From NCBI GenBank assembly GCA_009859145.1, contig VRVR01000025.1, positions 7,211 to 71,210 of the forward strand: a stretch of 64,000 nt of DNA, read 5' to 3'. Shown piece by piece: positions 42,944 through 53,463 of the stretch; the stretch's first letter is position 1; each line of letters opens with the position of its first letter. This DNA is from Andalucia godoyi And28. Its lineage: Eukaryota; Protista; Jakobida. Below the pieces are notes generated by a model. The model saw only the letters and a list, made by a program, of their open reading frames with translations. It was not told the DNA's origin and ran no database searches. A program made the translations under genes and the position numbers.

Positions 42944-44074
42944 TCAGAACAGGTCCCAAAAAGAGTCGAGACCTTGCCCGGCCTCCCAAATCAGAACCGA
43001 CGTGAACAACTTCAAACGAGACTGCACGGAAGCCAAACTGGGATACCGTACAACGTGGTCCACGCCGGCTGCATCGGTGTAGAGCAAAACTGTTTCCTGG
43101 TCAAGATCGTTCCAGAGCAGGTCTTTTCCAGCGACAGGTTTGTACGTAGCAAGCAGCTCAAGCCACTGTTCTCCGGTGATCGCTTCTCCGTTATCTCTGC
43201 CATAGAAGGCCAGCCCGAAAAAAAAGCGACCGCTCTTCACTAGCGATTCTCCATAGTACAAATAAATCTCCAACAACCACTTGTAGGGCGCAATAGGAGC
43301 CCCCGTGCCCATCTGATAGTCGTACGTCATGAGCAAAATCCCATCGATGGCATCCAGCACTTTTCGTGCATTCGCCGGCGAAAGAAACGTGGTGGACGGC
43401 GGCTTTGGAGCACCAACTACCAAATAAAGGGCGAACGAACTTCCCAGCTTCTGCTTGGCAAGTTGTAGCCATCCAAGCAGCCCATCAACATACGCATCCC
43501 AGCCCACGTATCCCCACTCCAGGACGAAGCCGTCGACTGCGTAGTCCGTCGCAATCGCCACCAGTTCTTCAATGATCTGTGGATGCAGAGAATCGAGCAC
43601 GACGCGCGGTGCGATCATCATGTGCTCATTTCGACGGCGCCAGTCTTTCCATTCCTCGACATGCATTACATCCGTTCCAGCAACCGAGAACATCGGTGAC
43701 TCTGATGAAGATGGCAATGATGGAGATTCTTGGACAACGTGAATCTCGAGCCCGACAGGCGACACAATGTCGATCTTTTGCGGAAATGCACGAACAATGT
43801 CGTATCCTCGACTGTTCCACGGTGTGGTGAATGTTAGCACTTTACGCCCAGCCTTTATCTTTGCCTTTGCGATTGACGGAGACTGGAGGGTACTGGTTGA
43901 ATTTGTGCAGTCCAGAGCGTGCGACACAATCCAGTCCCACGATGGATTCTTCTTTTGGATCGACGCCGCTGGCAACCGCGATTCACGCAGACACGACACT
44001 GGTGGCAACGCAGCAATAACCGTACCACACACCCAGCATCCACACAGCAATGCAAAAACGACGAATTTTGTCAT
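42944..44074 (-). CDS. CHID1: Chitinase domain-containing protein 1 (inactive GH18-like)
   Basis: Signal peptide from ATG 44074 (MTKFVVFALL). VLTFTTPWNSRGYD…ISPV-like, VDGFVLEW (degenerate DxxDxDxE), LMTYDY, GLAFYG, IWEAGQGLD are CHID1 motifs. Confidence 0.88.
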   Translation of the reverse strand: MTKFVVFALLCGCWVCGTVIAALPPVSCLRESRLPAASIQKKNPSWDWIVSHALDCTNSTSTLQSPSIAKAKIKAGRKVLTFTTPWNSRGYDIVRAFPQKIDIVSPVGLEIHVVQESPSLPSSSESPMFSVAGTDVMHVEEWKDWRRRNEHMMIAPRVVLDSLHPQIIEELVAIATDYAVDGFVLEWGYVGWDAYVDGLLGWLQLAKQKLGSSFALYLVVGAPKPPSTTFLSPANARKVLDAIDGILLMTYDYQMGTGAPIAPYKWLLEIYLYYGESLVKSGRFFFGLAFYGRDNGEAITGEQWLELLATYKPVAGKDLLWNDLDQETVLLYTDAAGVDHVVRYPSLASVQSRLKLFTSVLIWEAGQGLDSFWDLF

Positions 44075-44192
44075 TCTCCCGCCCATCTTCCCAAAAAACC
44101 CCATTCCCATGCAACCAATATATATATATATATCTTCGTCTCTCCTTTGGTCATCCACAGGCGCAAAATAATTTCAAAACATGTGAACCATT

Positions 44193-44289
44193 TGCCGCTT
44201 ATTGCGGTTTGATGAAGCAGTCTAAAGCGCACGTAAACAAAAAACACTGCCACGCGCCATGCGAATGCGCATGCGCATGCGTTTGTTAT
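44193..44289 (+). repeat. Repeat family 1, module B, copy 2 (here upstream of module A)
   Basis: Matches 28731-28815, with an extra gcatgc-type expansion. Confidence 0.9.
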
Positions 44290-44303
44290 GTACTTTTTAG
44301 TTA

Positions 44304-44787
44304 TTAATTCTTCTGTTATTTCTGTTTTTGTGCTTTACATAACCGAACTCTCAAGCAACACCTTTCATCAGAACCAAAACATCTCATCGCTCCAAAGAGG
44401 GATCTTCCCAGCAAACGCAAACCCGGTCATGCCCGATGATACCGAGAACGAAGAAACCCGTTGATTCCCTGCTCGTCGCAACTTGCTGATCAAGCGGATG
44501 ATGATCAAATCACGAAGAAGTGATCGATTGCGTTCGGAATGCGCTTTTCAAGTCAGAGGACAAGATGGAGCAAAGTCAAAGCGTCGTCAGTCGCGGCGTC
44601 GTTCACCGACCACATTCTGTTTCCTCCGGCGTTCATTTCTTTGAATGTTGAATCGATTGGGGGAAATATGTTGGTTGCAATGACCCCTTTGACCGCATTA
44701 AAGAGTCAGTGATCTCCCCATTAAAACAAAACACATGTGTCTTCGATCTGTCTTCTGCGACAGCTTAGCCCGATGACCAATAAAGAT
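44304..44787 (+). repeat. Repeat family 1, module A, copy 3
   Basis: About 99% identical to the reverse complement of 481-964; more distant from 28262-28700. Confidence 0.95.
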
Positions 44788-45608
44788 TCATGTCTTTGGC
44801 GCGCGGCCTGAGAACCGAAATCTTCAATCGGGCCCTGTTTGAGCTATCTGAGCGAATTTGCGAGTTGTACAAAGGACTCTTGGTTGTCGACAGCTTCCCC
44901 CATGTCTCAGGAAGATGCCGAGATTTCAGACGCATCCGTGATTCTCTGCTGTGCTGACGAAAATTCAGCCTCGTAAAGAGGTCTTTGCGAGATTCCTCAT
45001 TTTATAAAACATATTATAACTGAAACTCGTATTTTGTTATAATGAAATATGATGGATTTTGTATGCGTGCAGCACGATGGTTTTGCTCTTCGTAATAATT
45101 ATAATGGATGTATCATGTAGTAATGTACCGCAGAGTTTCCCGGACAATGGCCATCGGAATGGAGACCACGTTCAGAATTTGGCTACGGAAAAAATGAAAA
45201 GACAACTTTACCACAAAAGCGAAAAGCAAAATCGACTATCTTTTGATTTATCGGAGTCGCTGCCCATTAGAATGTGGCTTTCAACAAAAGAAAAAAGAAA
45301 AAAGAAAAAAGAAGAAAGAAAAAAGAGAAAGAGAAAGAGAAAGAGAAAGAGAAAGAAAGTCATTGAAAAATTTTCTTTTCATTTGCGTTCTTTTTTCTTT
45401 TTTTGAGCGAAGGAAAAAAACAGACTATCCAAAACGTGCAATTGCAAACGTGCATTTTCCCGTTAAACAACTCTGCCGGATCTTTACGTTCACATCAAAC
45501 AAAACAAAAAGAATAGGAAAGAAAATGATAACGAGTATTTATGAAAAGAACAAATAGTGGAATTGTAAAGACAATAGTGAAGTGGGATATTAATATAAGA
45601 ACTGAGAT

Positions 45609-48600
45609 ATGTCGTCCTTGTCGTCGCTGTCTGGAGCTAGTCTAGGTGGTTCCCGAGCGAGATCCAAATCAGCGATCACCGTCGATGATCGAGACTTGAG
45701 CAAGCTTCTTGGACTGGACGATTCTTTCGACGACCGCTCAGAATCATCAAAGCCGGTGTCATATTCTGCATCGTCTCTTCAGAAGAAGCAGTCGTTCACT
45801 TCAGCATCCGAGAAATCGTCTTCGTCTTCCACAAAGCTCTCGAGAAAAGGAAGCGGCAGTAAATCATCCAAAGGAGCCTCGACCAGACAGCACCCGCAAC
45901 CTGCCGTGCGAGCGTCCAACGATGGGTCCATGGAGACTGACTCGGACTGGGATGTCGACATGTCAGATGTCGACGAAGTCAGCAGAAAATCGTCCCTGGA
46001 CTCTGTAAGTGGCGGCGTCGGCGGGAATCCCGGTCTAATGTCCTCAGCCGTCGCCGTTCCTCGACAATCCAAACCAGCATCTGGGTCTGGATCGACGACA
46101 TTGGCAGACGAGGGAACGTTTAAAAGCAGGGTGACGAAATGGTACCAGTGGCTGGGTCTGGACCCGCAGAATCTTCCAGATGCGCCGTTTCTCAAAGTCG
46201 CCGAGTCGCATGCCTTGAAGCCCCTGCCTGAGCATTGGAGATTTGTTGACGGAGTGTACATGCACGTGCTCACCGGATCCGTCCAGTCGGAACATCCGCT
46301 CGTCGACAGCGCAAAAACAGAGCTCATCACACTGCGGGCGTCTGTCTCGGCTGCGCAAAGCTCGCAGCTGTCATCAATCCAGGATATTACTGGAAACTCG
46401 GATGATCTCGGAACCTCGTCGGACGATGCTATTCCAGATATCCCGCTTTCAAACTCGACCGTCGGGATCAACGCTTCGTCCTCTTCCGTGGTCGGTGCTG
46501 GTGCCATGAAGCCAACAACTTCGCTGGATCGCACCGGTGAAAAAGAAAAGCCGGCTGCTTCTCGGTCTTCTTTCCTCAACTTTGATGCATGGCTTGCGAG
46601 CACGACTGCAGCGTCATCATCCACGACAACATCCACAACCACCACGAACGCTCCCATTGCAAGCACACCAGGACCTTATTCATCTGCTTCTGGGTCTGCA
46701 ACCGTCTCCCACGCCGGGCCTTCGCCGCTGAATGTTTCGTCAACGCCGACACCCGTGCTTCCCATATCTCCCGATGAATCAAGTTCGCGGTCATGGACGT
46801 CGGTCAGCAACACGACGGGCTCCAACAATCCGGGAACGGTGATCAGACCGGGCGTTTCGACTTTGGTCTCTTCATCGTCACCATCCTCCAGCCAGAATGT
46901 GGTGGTCGTGGCTGCCAGTTCTCCTCGCGCCGATGATTCTCCCACGTTTTCCACCGTATCGGACTCTCTGACTCCGGTTGTCTTGCATGATGATTCAGAA
47001 ATCTCTTCGCGAGTTCCACCGCCACAGCAGCAACGAACAATGAAGCCTGCTGCAAAGGTTCTTGATTTTGGCAGCGTCAGTAGCAACAATAGCAGCACTG
47101 GAGAGCCGGCCACGAATGTGAGCGCGAGCTCTTCTACAGGTTACGACTTTGGAAGTGGCGCAGGCGCAGGTCGCAGACGACCCCGAGGCCAGTCAACGCT
47201 TCTTCCGATGTTGAATCTGCTGCAGCAGGACGAGCCTCGACCATCGTCCACCACATCGCTTCCAGAAGACAAGGTTCCGCTGTTTCTTCGGGAGCCCTCT
47301 GCAAGTTCCTCTTCCACGTTTGGACTATCATCTTCTGGGTCTGGCTCGGCACGAGGGCCTTCCAGTAGAAATGTGACAACTCCGCGTGCAGGATCCTCAG
47401 TCTCCTCTGCACCCGTATCGACTTCGCTGCCCAGCACACCTACCAGCGCAGCATACTCGACGTCCTTTGCGCCGATCCAGCCGTCTCTTGCTGCCAGTTC
47501 TACCTCCAATCCAACAGCGACGCAAGCGCAGAGGATGCAAAAGCCAGAAGAAGAAAAAGAAAAGGAAGAGGAGAAAGTTGAGACCGTGATTGTCCGTTAT
47601 GCGCCATTGCCCATCGAAATTCGCGATTCTTCTTCACCAGCAACACTCCCCTCACAGCCGCAGCAACAGCAACCCGTACCGCTTTCAGCTCCAGTATCAT
47701 CATCAGCAACGTCGCCGTCATGGGTGCCGCCAGAGCAATCAAGTAGTCACGGCAGTGCAAGTACTGGATCCCAGGCCAATGCCCAGATTATCACATCCAC
47801 CACTTCTTCTCATATGGTGCAACCGACGTCGGCATCATCACCCGTTACTGCCGCAGACCCAGTGAAGAGCCCTTCGGTGGAGCCTGTTATTGTCCACGCC
47901 CAGCAGCAGCAACCGCAGCCACAAATGCAAGTACAGCCGCAGCCGCAGCCGCAGCCGATCGAACCAATTGCGTCAGTTCCCTCTGCAAATGCGCAGCAAT
48001 CCCAGCAATCGATGATCATGATGCCGCCGTCGTATGGAGCGTATCCCCCTCAATATCCAATGTCTGTGCAAATGCCGATGCCGATGCCGATGCTTCCTTT
48101 TCCCTATTTCTACCCATTTCCCCCAACCCCAACTTCCTCTCAGTCTCAGCCCCAAGCTCTCCTTCAATCACACGCGCATGTTATGAGCACTGTGCAGCAA
48201 GAGGACGCGATGATGTCGGCAGAGCGTGAGAAGCGAGACTTTGGAACCCTAACGGTCCGCATTTCGCACTCTTCCGAGTCGACGCAGACTGCGCCTTTCG
48301 AACCGCCTGTCGCCCCGAGGGCAAAGACTGCGAGTATTTCGACGAGCACAGCACCGGCTGCGGAGCGCAGAGAGTCTCGCAGCACTCAAACAGAACAGCG
48401 TAACCTTGACGAAGAAGAAGAAAAAGAGAGGGAGAGGGAGAGGGAGAGGGAGCAGGAAAGAGGGTTCCGAAGAGAACGAGAAAAGGAGCGAGAAGAAGAA
48501 CGAGAGAGGGGGAGAGCATTGAAGACCAAGTTGAGCGATTCTGAAAAGCGCATACTGCAGCTTGAACAAGAGTTGCGGGTGGCGCAGCTGCAACAGAATG

Positions 48601-49358
48601 CGCTGCAGACGGTCGAAGAGTCGCTGCGGACGCTGGGGGCTGAACAGCGCCAAGTGATGCTTGATCGTCAGACAGTGTGGGCGCACGAGCGGGAAGAAGA
48701 TCGTGCGCAGTGGAACCGAGAGCGCGAGGACTGGGCGCGCGAGCGAGAGGCCATGCGCGAGAAGATCCGCGCAGCAACGTGGCGGGAAAATGATCTTGTG
48801 GCTCGCGAAGCCAGACTGGCAGCTCGCGAAAAAAGGATCGAGGAAGAGAGATTTCTCATGGCACGTGATCGTGTCTCCTGGCTGAAAGCAGCCAAGGGCC
48901 ATAGTCTGGGCCCGGGCCACTCCTACGGCTACACCATGACTCTCGAACCACGAATTAACCTCGACTCGCTTTTGCCTTTGGCTTCGCCTTCCCCCTCGCC
49001 TCTGCATCGGATTTCAGCCAACTCGGTCCATCCCGCAGCTGGCAGCGGTCAGCTCGCGGACCAAAGTGCGTTTCTTGCGTCACTTGGACTTTCCCGCGCC
49101 CCCTCCCATGGTTTTCCTTCTTCTTCGTCCGCTTCCACGTTCAGTTCTCGGTCTGCGTCTGGGTCTGGATCGGGATCCGGCTGTACAAGTACGAATGGCG
49201 CCGAATCCGACTCGGGATACTCGTCATTGTCGACGGGTGTTCCGGGACGAGTGTCGTCGCCACCTCGGAGGAGACAATGGGGCGGGTCCGCGCCGATGAC
49301 GGCTGTCGCAGATATTCCCTCGTCCACTGACTCGTTCTTTTCTTCCAGCTCGACTTGA
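45609..49358 (+). CDS. Large low-complexity protein with a CEP164-type WW module and a C-terminal coiled coil
   Basis: LGLDPQNLPDAPFLKVAESHALKPLPEHWRFVDGVYMHVLTGSVQSEHPL resembles the CEP164 N-terminal block (IGIDP…PLP-EW…YY-N…G-S-WDHP). S/P/Q-rich linker; E/R-rich coiled coil. Confidence 0.6.
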   Translation: MSSLSSLSGASLGGSRARSKSAITVDDRDLSKLLGLDDSFDDRSESSKPVSYSASSLQKKQSFTSASEKSSSSSTKLSRKGSGSKSSKGASTRQHPQPAVRASNDGSMETDSDWDVDMSDVDEVSRKSSLDSVSGGVGGNPGLMSSAVAVPRQSKPASGSGSTTLADEGTFKSRVTKWYQWLGLDPQNLPDAPFLKVAESHALKPLPEHWRFVDGVYMHVLTGSVQSEHPLVDSAKTELITLRASVSAAQSSQLSSIQDITGNSDDLGTSSDDAIPDIPLSNSTVGINASSSSVVGAGAMKPTTSLDRTGEKEKPAASRSSFLNFDAWLASTTAASSSTTTSTTTTNAPIASTPGPYSSASGSATVSHAGPSPLNVSSTPTPVLPISPDESSSRSWTSVSNTTGSNNPGTVIRPGVSTLVSSSSPSSSQNVVVVAASSPRADDSPTFSTVSDSLTPVVLHDDSEISSRVPPPQQQRTMKPAAKVLDFGSVSSNNSSTGEPATNVSASSSTGYDFGSGAGAGRRRPRGQSTLLPMLNLLQQDEPRPSSTTSLPEDKVPLFLREPSASSSSTFGLSSSGSGSARGPSSRNVTTPRAGSSVSSAPVSTSLPSTPTSAAYSTSFAPIQPSLAASSTSNPTATQAQRMQKPEEEKEKEEEKVETVIVRYAPLPIEIRDSSSPATLPSQPQQQQPVPLSAPVSSSATSPSWVPPEQSSSHGSASTGSQANAQIITSTTSSHMVQPTSASSPVTAADPVKSPSVEPVIVHAQQQQPQPQMQVQPQPQPQPIEPIASVPSANAQQSQQSMIMMPPSYGAYPPQYPMSVQMPMPMPMLPFPYFYPFPPTPTSSQSQPQALLQSHAHVMSTVQQEDAMMSAEREKRDFGTLTVRISHSSESTQTAPFEPPVAPRAKTASISTSTAPAAERRESRSTQTEQRNLDEEEEKEREREREREQERGFRREREKEREEERERGRALKTKLSDSEKRILQLEQELRVAQLQQNALQTVEESLRTLGAEQRQVMLDRQTVWAHEREEDRAQWNREREDWAREREAMREKIRAATWRENDLVAREARLAAREKRIEEERFLMARDRVSWLKAAKGHSLGPGHSYGYTMTLEPRINLDSLLPLASPSPSPLHRISANSVHPAAGSGQLADQSAFLASLGLSRAPSHGFPSSSSASTFSSRSASGSGSGSGCTSTNGAESDSGYSSLSTGVPGRVSSPPRRRQWGGSAPMTAVADIPSSTDSFFSSSST

Positions 49359-49470
49359 ACAGCACCACGCATCCATATCTTTACCACACACACACACACA
49401 CACACACAAAGAAGAAATGCAGAACGGTAATGAGCACTCATCAGTAGGAGTGGTGAATAAAAAATGAAAC

Positions 49471-50178
49471 TTACTTTTTACCATCGATTGAAAGAGCAGA
49501 GATGGACGCGTGGTGCGCAAGAAGAGTCGAGATGCGGGGACCAAAGAGAAGCGGGGAGAGCGCGTGAATGCGGTCTCGGACCTTTGCCAGCTTCGCAGCG
49601 TATTTTGCGGCGTGCGCTCGGCGAGCTACCCGAAATGACGCCTGATGGACGGAAAGCAGCGTCGAAGACGAAGGAGCAAGAGCGGATGCCGGGGACTGTG
49701 CGGAGCTGATCTTGCTGCAGGACCGCGCTAAGAGCTCTTCGATGCGCTGTCTTTTTGCAGGATTGACACTGGATGTCAAGGTATTGACGGACGGCTCCTC
49801 GTGGAGCGCAGGCAACATGCGCGGTTCGCCGGCCGCTCGACGTTTGGACTCGTCGAGAAAGACGAGCTTGGAGCGGTCATACTGCGGTATCCTCGTTTCA
49901 CGCGATGCGAGTGTCGGTGCAAGATAGCCTGTGTCATGGAGCGCGCGCAACGGCACGCGGCCGCGGGCATAGTGGCGCAGCCACTCGTACGCTAATAGAA
50001 ACTCCGATGACGGCAACGGCGGCGACTGGTGCTGCTGCGCTTGGTGCTGCTCCTCCACCTCTGTTTCAACGGCTGTAAAGAGCCCGCTTGACACTACGGC
50101 CGACGAGCTGGTGGTGTGGATGCCGGCCCGATCGTCGACCAGCTGGTCCGACTCGGACGACGCCAGCAGTGACTCCAT
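49471..50178 (-). CDS. Hypothetical protein
   Basis: ATG at 50178 (MESLLASS), about 235 aa, coding-like composition. No family recognised. Confidence 0.6.
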   Translation of the reverse strand: MESLLASSESDQLVDDRAGIHTTSSSAVVSSGLFTAVETEVEEQHQAQQHQSPPLPSSEFLLAYEWLRHYARGRVPLRALHDTGYLAPTLASRETRIPQYDRSKLVFLDESKRRAAGEPRMLPALHEEPSVNTLTSSVNPAKRQRIEELLARSCSKISSAQSPASALAPSSSTLLSVHQASFRVARRAHAAKYAAKLAKVRDRIHALSPLLFGPRISTLLAHHASISALSIDGKK

Positions 50179-50652
50179 CTTCTGTGTTTCTGCGGGCGTG
50201 CCTCTGCTCTTCCTTCTTTGGAGTCTCCACGGGAAAATAAAACGTCTCCACTTCGTTGCCGAACGGAAAACTGATAATAAAAAGAATATCACCGAACAGT
50301 CTAAATCAGCAATCAGAATGCACGCTTAAAAAAGGGGGAAAAGATTAGAAATTCGCATGTAACGGATCCACCTACAGCTGGCTGCAACCGGAAAAAAAAA
50401 CCAGGTTACCGGCGCGCAAGTCGGGGATCGATCGTGATTGGAACGATACTGCGCGTAACATTGATTCGACGAACGCCGAACTGCGTGGTGGGTCTGTCCC
50501 ACTTCCCCTCCCCATCTCCCGGTACTGCAACAACACCGATGATGCATCGTCAGCGACGGCACTGCATAATTAGTGTGCAATGGGGCATTTTTATAAATAA
50601 AATTTTGTGCGATACTGTACTTTGTAGATTTAATGGAGAAATTGACGGGGGC

Positions 50653-51966
50653 TCATTCGGCAGTGACAGAACTCCGTTTTGGGATTCCGAGCTCAGCATG
50701 CGCATCATCGAGTAGCCGGGAAAGGACTTCCGGCTCGAGGTGCGGTAGTTCAGCATGATTTCCAAAGAGCTCGAGGTTTGCGGTGTACATGTCTCGAAGC
50801 CTGCGGTCGATGTCTTCGATGGGATGCTGCGGACTCTGCGGTGCATCGTCTAGGTCCGTGCCGCGCGGCAGCTGGAACCGATGCATCGCATCCAGTCTAG
50901 CATCAATCACGGCGATTGCGGCCTCGATCGTTTGCTTTGCACTCGGCTCCTCATCCGAAGCCCCACCAGCACCAGCGCCGGCACCAGTGCTAGAGGACTC
51001 ATCCAGGAGCGCATCGACGCGTCGCTGGTCCTCCTCTGAGAGCCGTCCGTAGACAAAGTAGTACTTTTGCGCATCCAGCGGCGCAAGCGATGGAATCGAA
51101 GCGCGTGATTTTGCATATCCGGATCCGGCTTTTGATCTGCTGGGATTGCGAGGGTTATCATCGCCTTCTCCATCATCATCGTCGTCGAAACCGCCCGGAT
51201 AGCCGCGGCCGTCGAGAGACTCGAGCACCGCATCGAGCTGCCGGATCTGCGCAAGGCCATCGATGATGCGCTGGTCGGTGGTGGCGGCCAGCAAGTTCGC
51301 TGCAGTCAGCGGCAGTACTTGCTTGGAGCTGGATGCGACGGCCAGCGTCGACGGCTGCTGTGGATGAGGCTGGAGGAGCGAGGGCGGTAGGTCCAAGTAC
51401 TTCTTTTCGTGCAGGTGGTTCAGGTACGTCGCGAGATCGCTCCACTCTGTGTCTGAGCCGCCAACGGCATCCAACCTCGGACGGTTCTTGCTTTCATTGT
51501 CATTGTCATTGCCATGGTCGCGGTCATGGTCCGAGGATGGGGAAGAGTAGTTGTTGTCCGGGTCGAAAAGAGAGTCGTGGTCCTGCAAGTCCCGGTCAAT
51601 CTGTGCATCAAGCTCGCGCAGCTTGAAGGCCGTCAGCTCGTCGTACGGAGTAGGGGTGGGTGCTGATATCGATGAGGAAGATGAGCATGCCAGAGCCGTC
51701 AGTGGAAACGTCATCGACGTCGGCGTCCGGGATCCGGAGGATGTCGGTGGCTTGACGCTCGCTCGTGGTTTGATGGTTCCACGTAACGGGCGACTACTGG
51801 TGCTGTTTTGAAACAGGTGCGATTGTCCTGACGCATGCAATGATGTCGAATTACTACTACTGCTACTGCTGCAACTGCTGCTTGGTCGATTCGGTACCGA
51901 GTCCAGCGACTCCAGCGTGGACAAGGACGACGACGCAGGCCGCACTAGCGCTTTCTTGGATCCCAT
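50653..51966 (-). CDS. Hypothetical protein, weakly FSIP1-like
   Basis: 437-aa ORF. IIDGLAQIRQLDAVL, LSEEDQRRVDALLDE and IAVIDARL loosely recall fibrous sheath-interacting protein 1 motifs. The ORF is likely real; the family call is weak. Confidence 0.55.
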   Translation of the reverse strand: MGSKKALVRPASSSLSTLESLDSVPNRPSSSCSSSSSSNSTSLHASGQSHLFQNSTSSRPLRGTIKPRASVKPPTSSGSRTPTSMTFPLTALACSSSSSISAPTPTPYDELTAFKLRELDAQIDRDLQDHDSLFDPDNNYSSPSSDHDRDHGNDNDNESKNRPRLDAVGGSDTEWSDLATYLNHLHEKKYLDLPPSLLQPHPQQPSTLAVASSSKQVLPLTAANLLAATTDQRIIDGLAQIRQLDAVLESLDGRGYPGGFDDDDDGEGDDNPRNPSRSKAGSGYAKSRASIPSLAPLDAQKYYFVYGRLSEEDQRRVDALLDESSSTGAGAGAGGASDEEPSAKQTIEAAIAVIDARLDAMHRFQLPRGTDLDDAPQSPQHPIEDIDRRLRDMYTANLELFGNHAELPHLEPEVLSRLLDDAHAELGIPKRSSVTAE

Positions 51967-52339
51967 ATTATTATTTTAATAATAATGTTTTCTTTGTCCC
52001 GTTGCCTTTTCTATCCTCTTCTTTGATCAAGTACTATTGCGAAAACCAGTCGTATCGAGATTCGGAGAAGAAGAAGAATGGTCAGACAATCCAACAAGCA
52101 AAAACAGAGAGAAAAGTAAATAAGAAAATGAAGAACGAAACGAAGAAAGTCCGAATCGACAAATCGGATTTTGTCGGGACATTCTGTTGGAGGAAATCCG
52201 ATAACGGGCAGCTTGATGCTTGATGCAACGAGGATGGATGATCTCTTTCAAATCCACAATGTTTCTGTTTTTTTTGTTGCTGTCTTTTGTCTTTTTTTTA
52301 CAGCAGATTCAATTTTTTAATTTTTTAATTTTTTTTGGC

Positions 52340-53059
52340 TTAGGAGGCGAGAATGGCGTGGATGGCCTGGATGTAGTCGTCCGTGGATGTGAATGCTTCT
52401 ATGAGCAACGGGACGCCATTCGCGACGAACGCGGGGACCGTTGTAATGCCTTTTCCTGCGCCGAGTTTCCAGATGACTCTCGCACTCCAGTCGTCATCGC
52501 TCTTGTCCTGCATCGCCTGGATGAACGCGTCTGCATCGACAGCAAACGGCGGCCTCGTCACCACCTGCGCTAGCCGCCCCACGACGCTATCCCACCCCTC
52601 GGTCCGCGTCGCGTCGTTTGAGAACTCGGGCTGCATTGCAAACATCGTGTCGATAAATGTGGCGAAGGATCCGGGACGCAGGCGGTCCACGACGAATGCC
52701 GCGCGGGTCTGGGTCATTGAGTTGCGGAAGACTGGGAGCGGGAACGGGCGCAGGAGAATGTTCAGCTCCGTCGCGCTGGAGAAGTTCGACTGCAACGCGC
52801 GCACAATCGTGGCATGCGTCTCCTTGCACACCGGACAGTTCACATCAAAAAATAGCTCGAGCTGAACTGCCGCAAGAGGGCTCCCGAGAGAGTAACTGCT
52901 GTACGCACGCGGAATCGGCTGCTGGTTCGCATCGAATCCTGCCCACGACATCGACGACGACAACAATGATGCCTCTGCTCCGACCAGTTGGAACATGCCG
53001 CGTGTGGCTATGCTCCAAGCTGCGCAGAACAGCAGTGTCGTCGCAGCCACTGAGCGCAT
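52340..53059 (-). CDS. Secreted DsbA-like thioredoxin-fold protein
   Basis: Signal peptide, FFDVNCPVCKETH (CxxC), PFPLP and GITTVPAFVANG (cis-Pro loop). Confidence 0.85.
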   Translation of the reverse strand: MRSVAATTLLFCAAWSIATRGMFQLVGAEASLLSSSMSWAGFDANQQPIPRAYSSYSLGSPLAAVQLELFFDVNCPVCKETHATIVRALQSNFSSATELNILLRPFPLPVFRNSMTQTRAAFVVDRLRPGSFATFIDTMFAMQPEFSNDATRTEGWDSVVGRLAQVVTRPPFAVDADAFIQAMQDKSDDDWSARVIWKLGAGKGITTVPAFVANGVPLLIEAFTSTDDYIQAIHAILAS

Positions 53060-53463
53060 AGTTTGTTTTGTTTGTTCTGCACCTTCTCAATCGATGTTTC
53101 CCGGTTCCCGGTGCTTGCAGTTTTGTGTCTAGCAGTTGTGCTGTGTGCACCCGCTGGATGAAGGGTTAATGTGACTTTCTCGGTCGGCGGATTCGCAATT
53201 CCCGAAAATCCCCGACGGAATTTCCAAGTCTGGAAGTAAATAAATAATTAAATGCGGAAAAAAGGCTCCGTCTACGACTGACGGGCTTCCTGAGGGAGAC
53301 TTTCATTTTTATTTAGTTCTCCAACTGGACGATGAAAACCCCCTTGCGTTAGGGTTTCAAGCATTTTGTCAAACCGATGAAAACGAAATCAAACACGATA
53401 AGAACAGTTCAAAAGTTGCCGACAGTGTGCACTCCTACTTTCCTGCTTTCCTACTTTTTTTTC

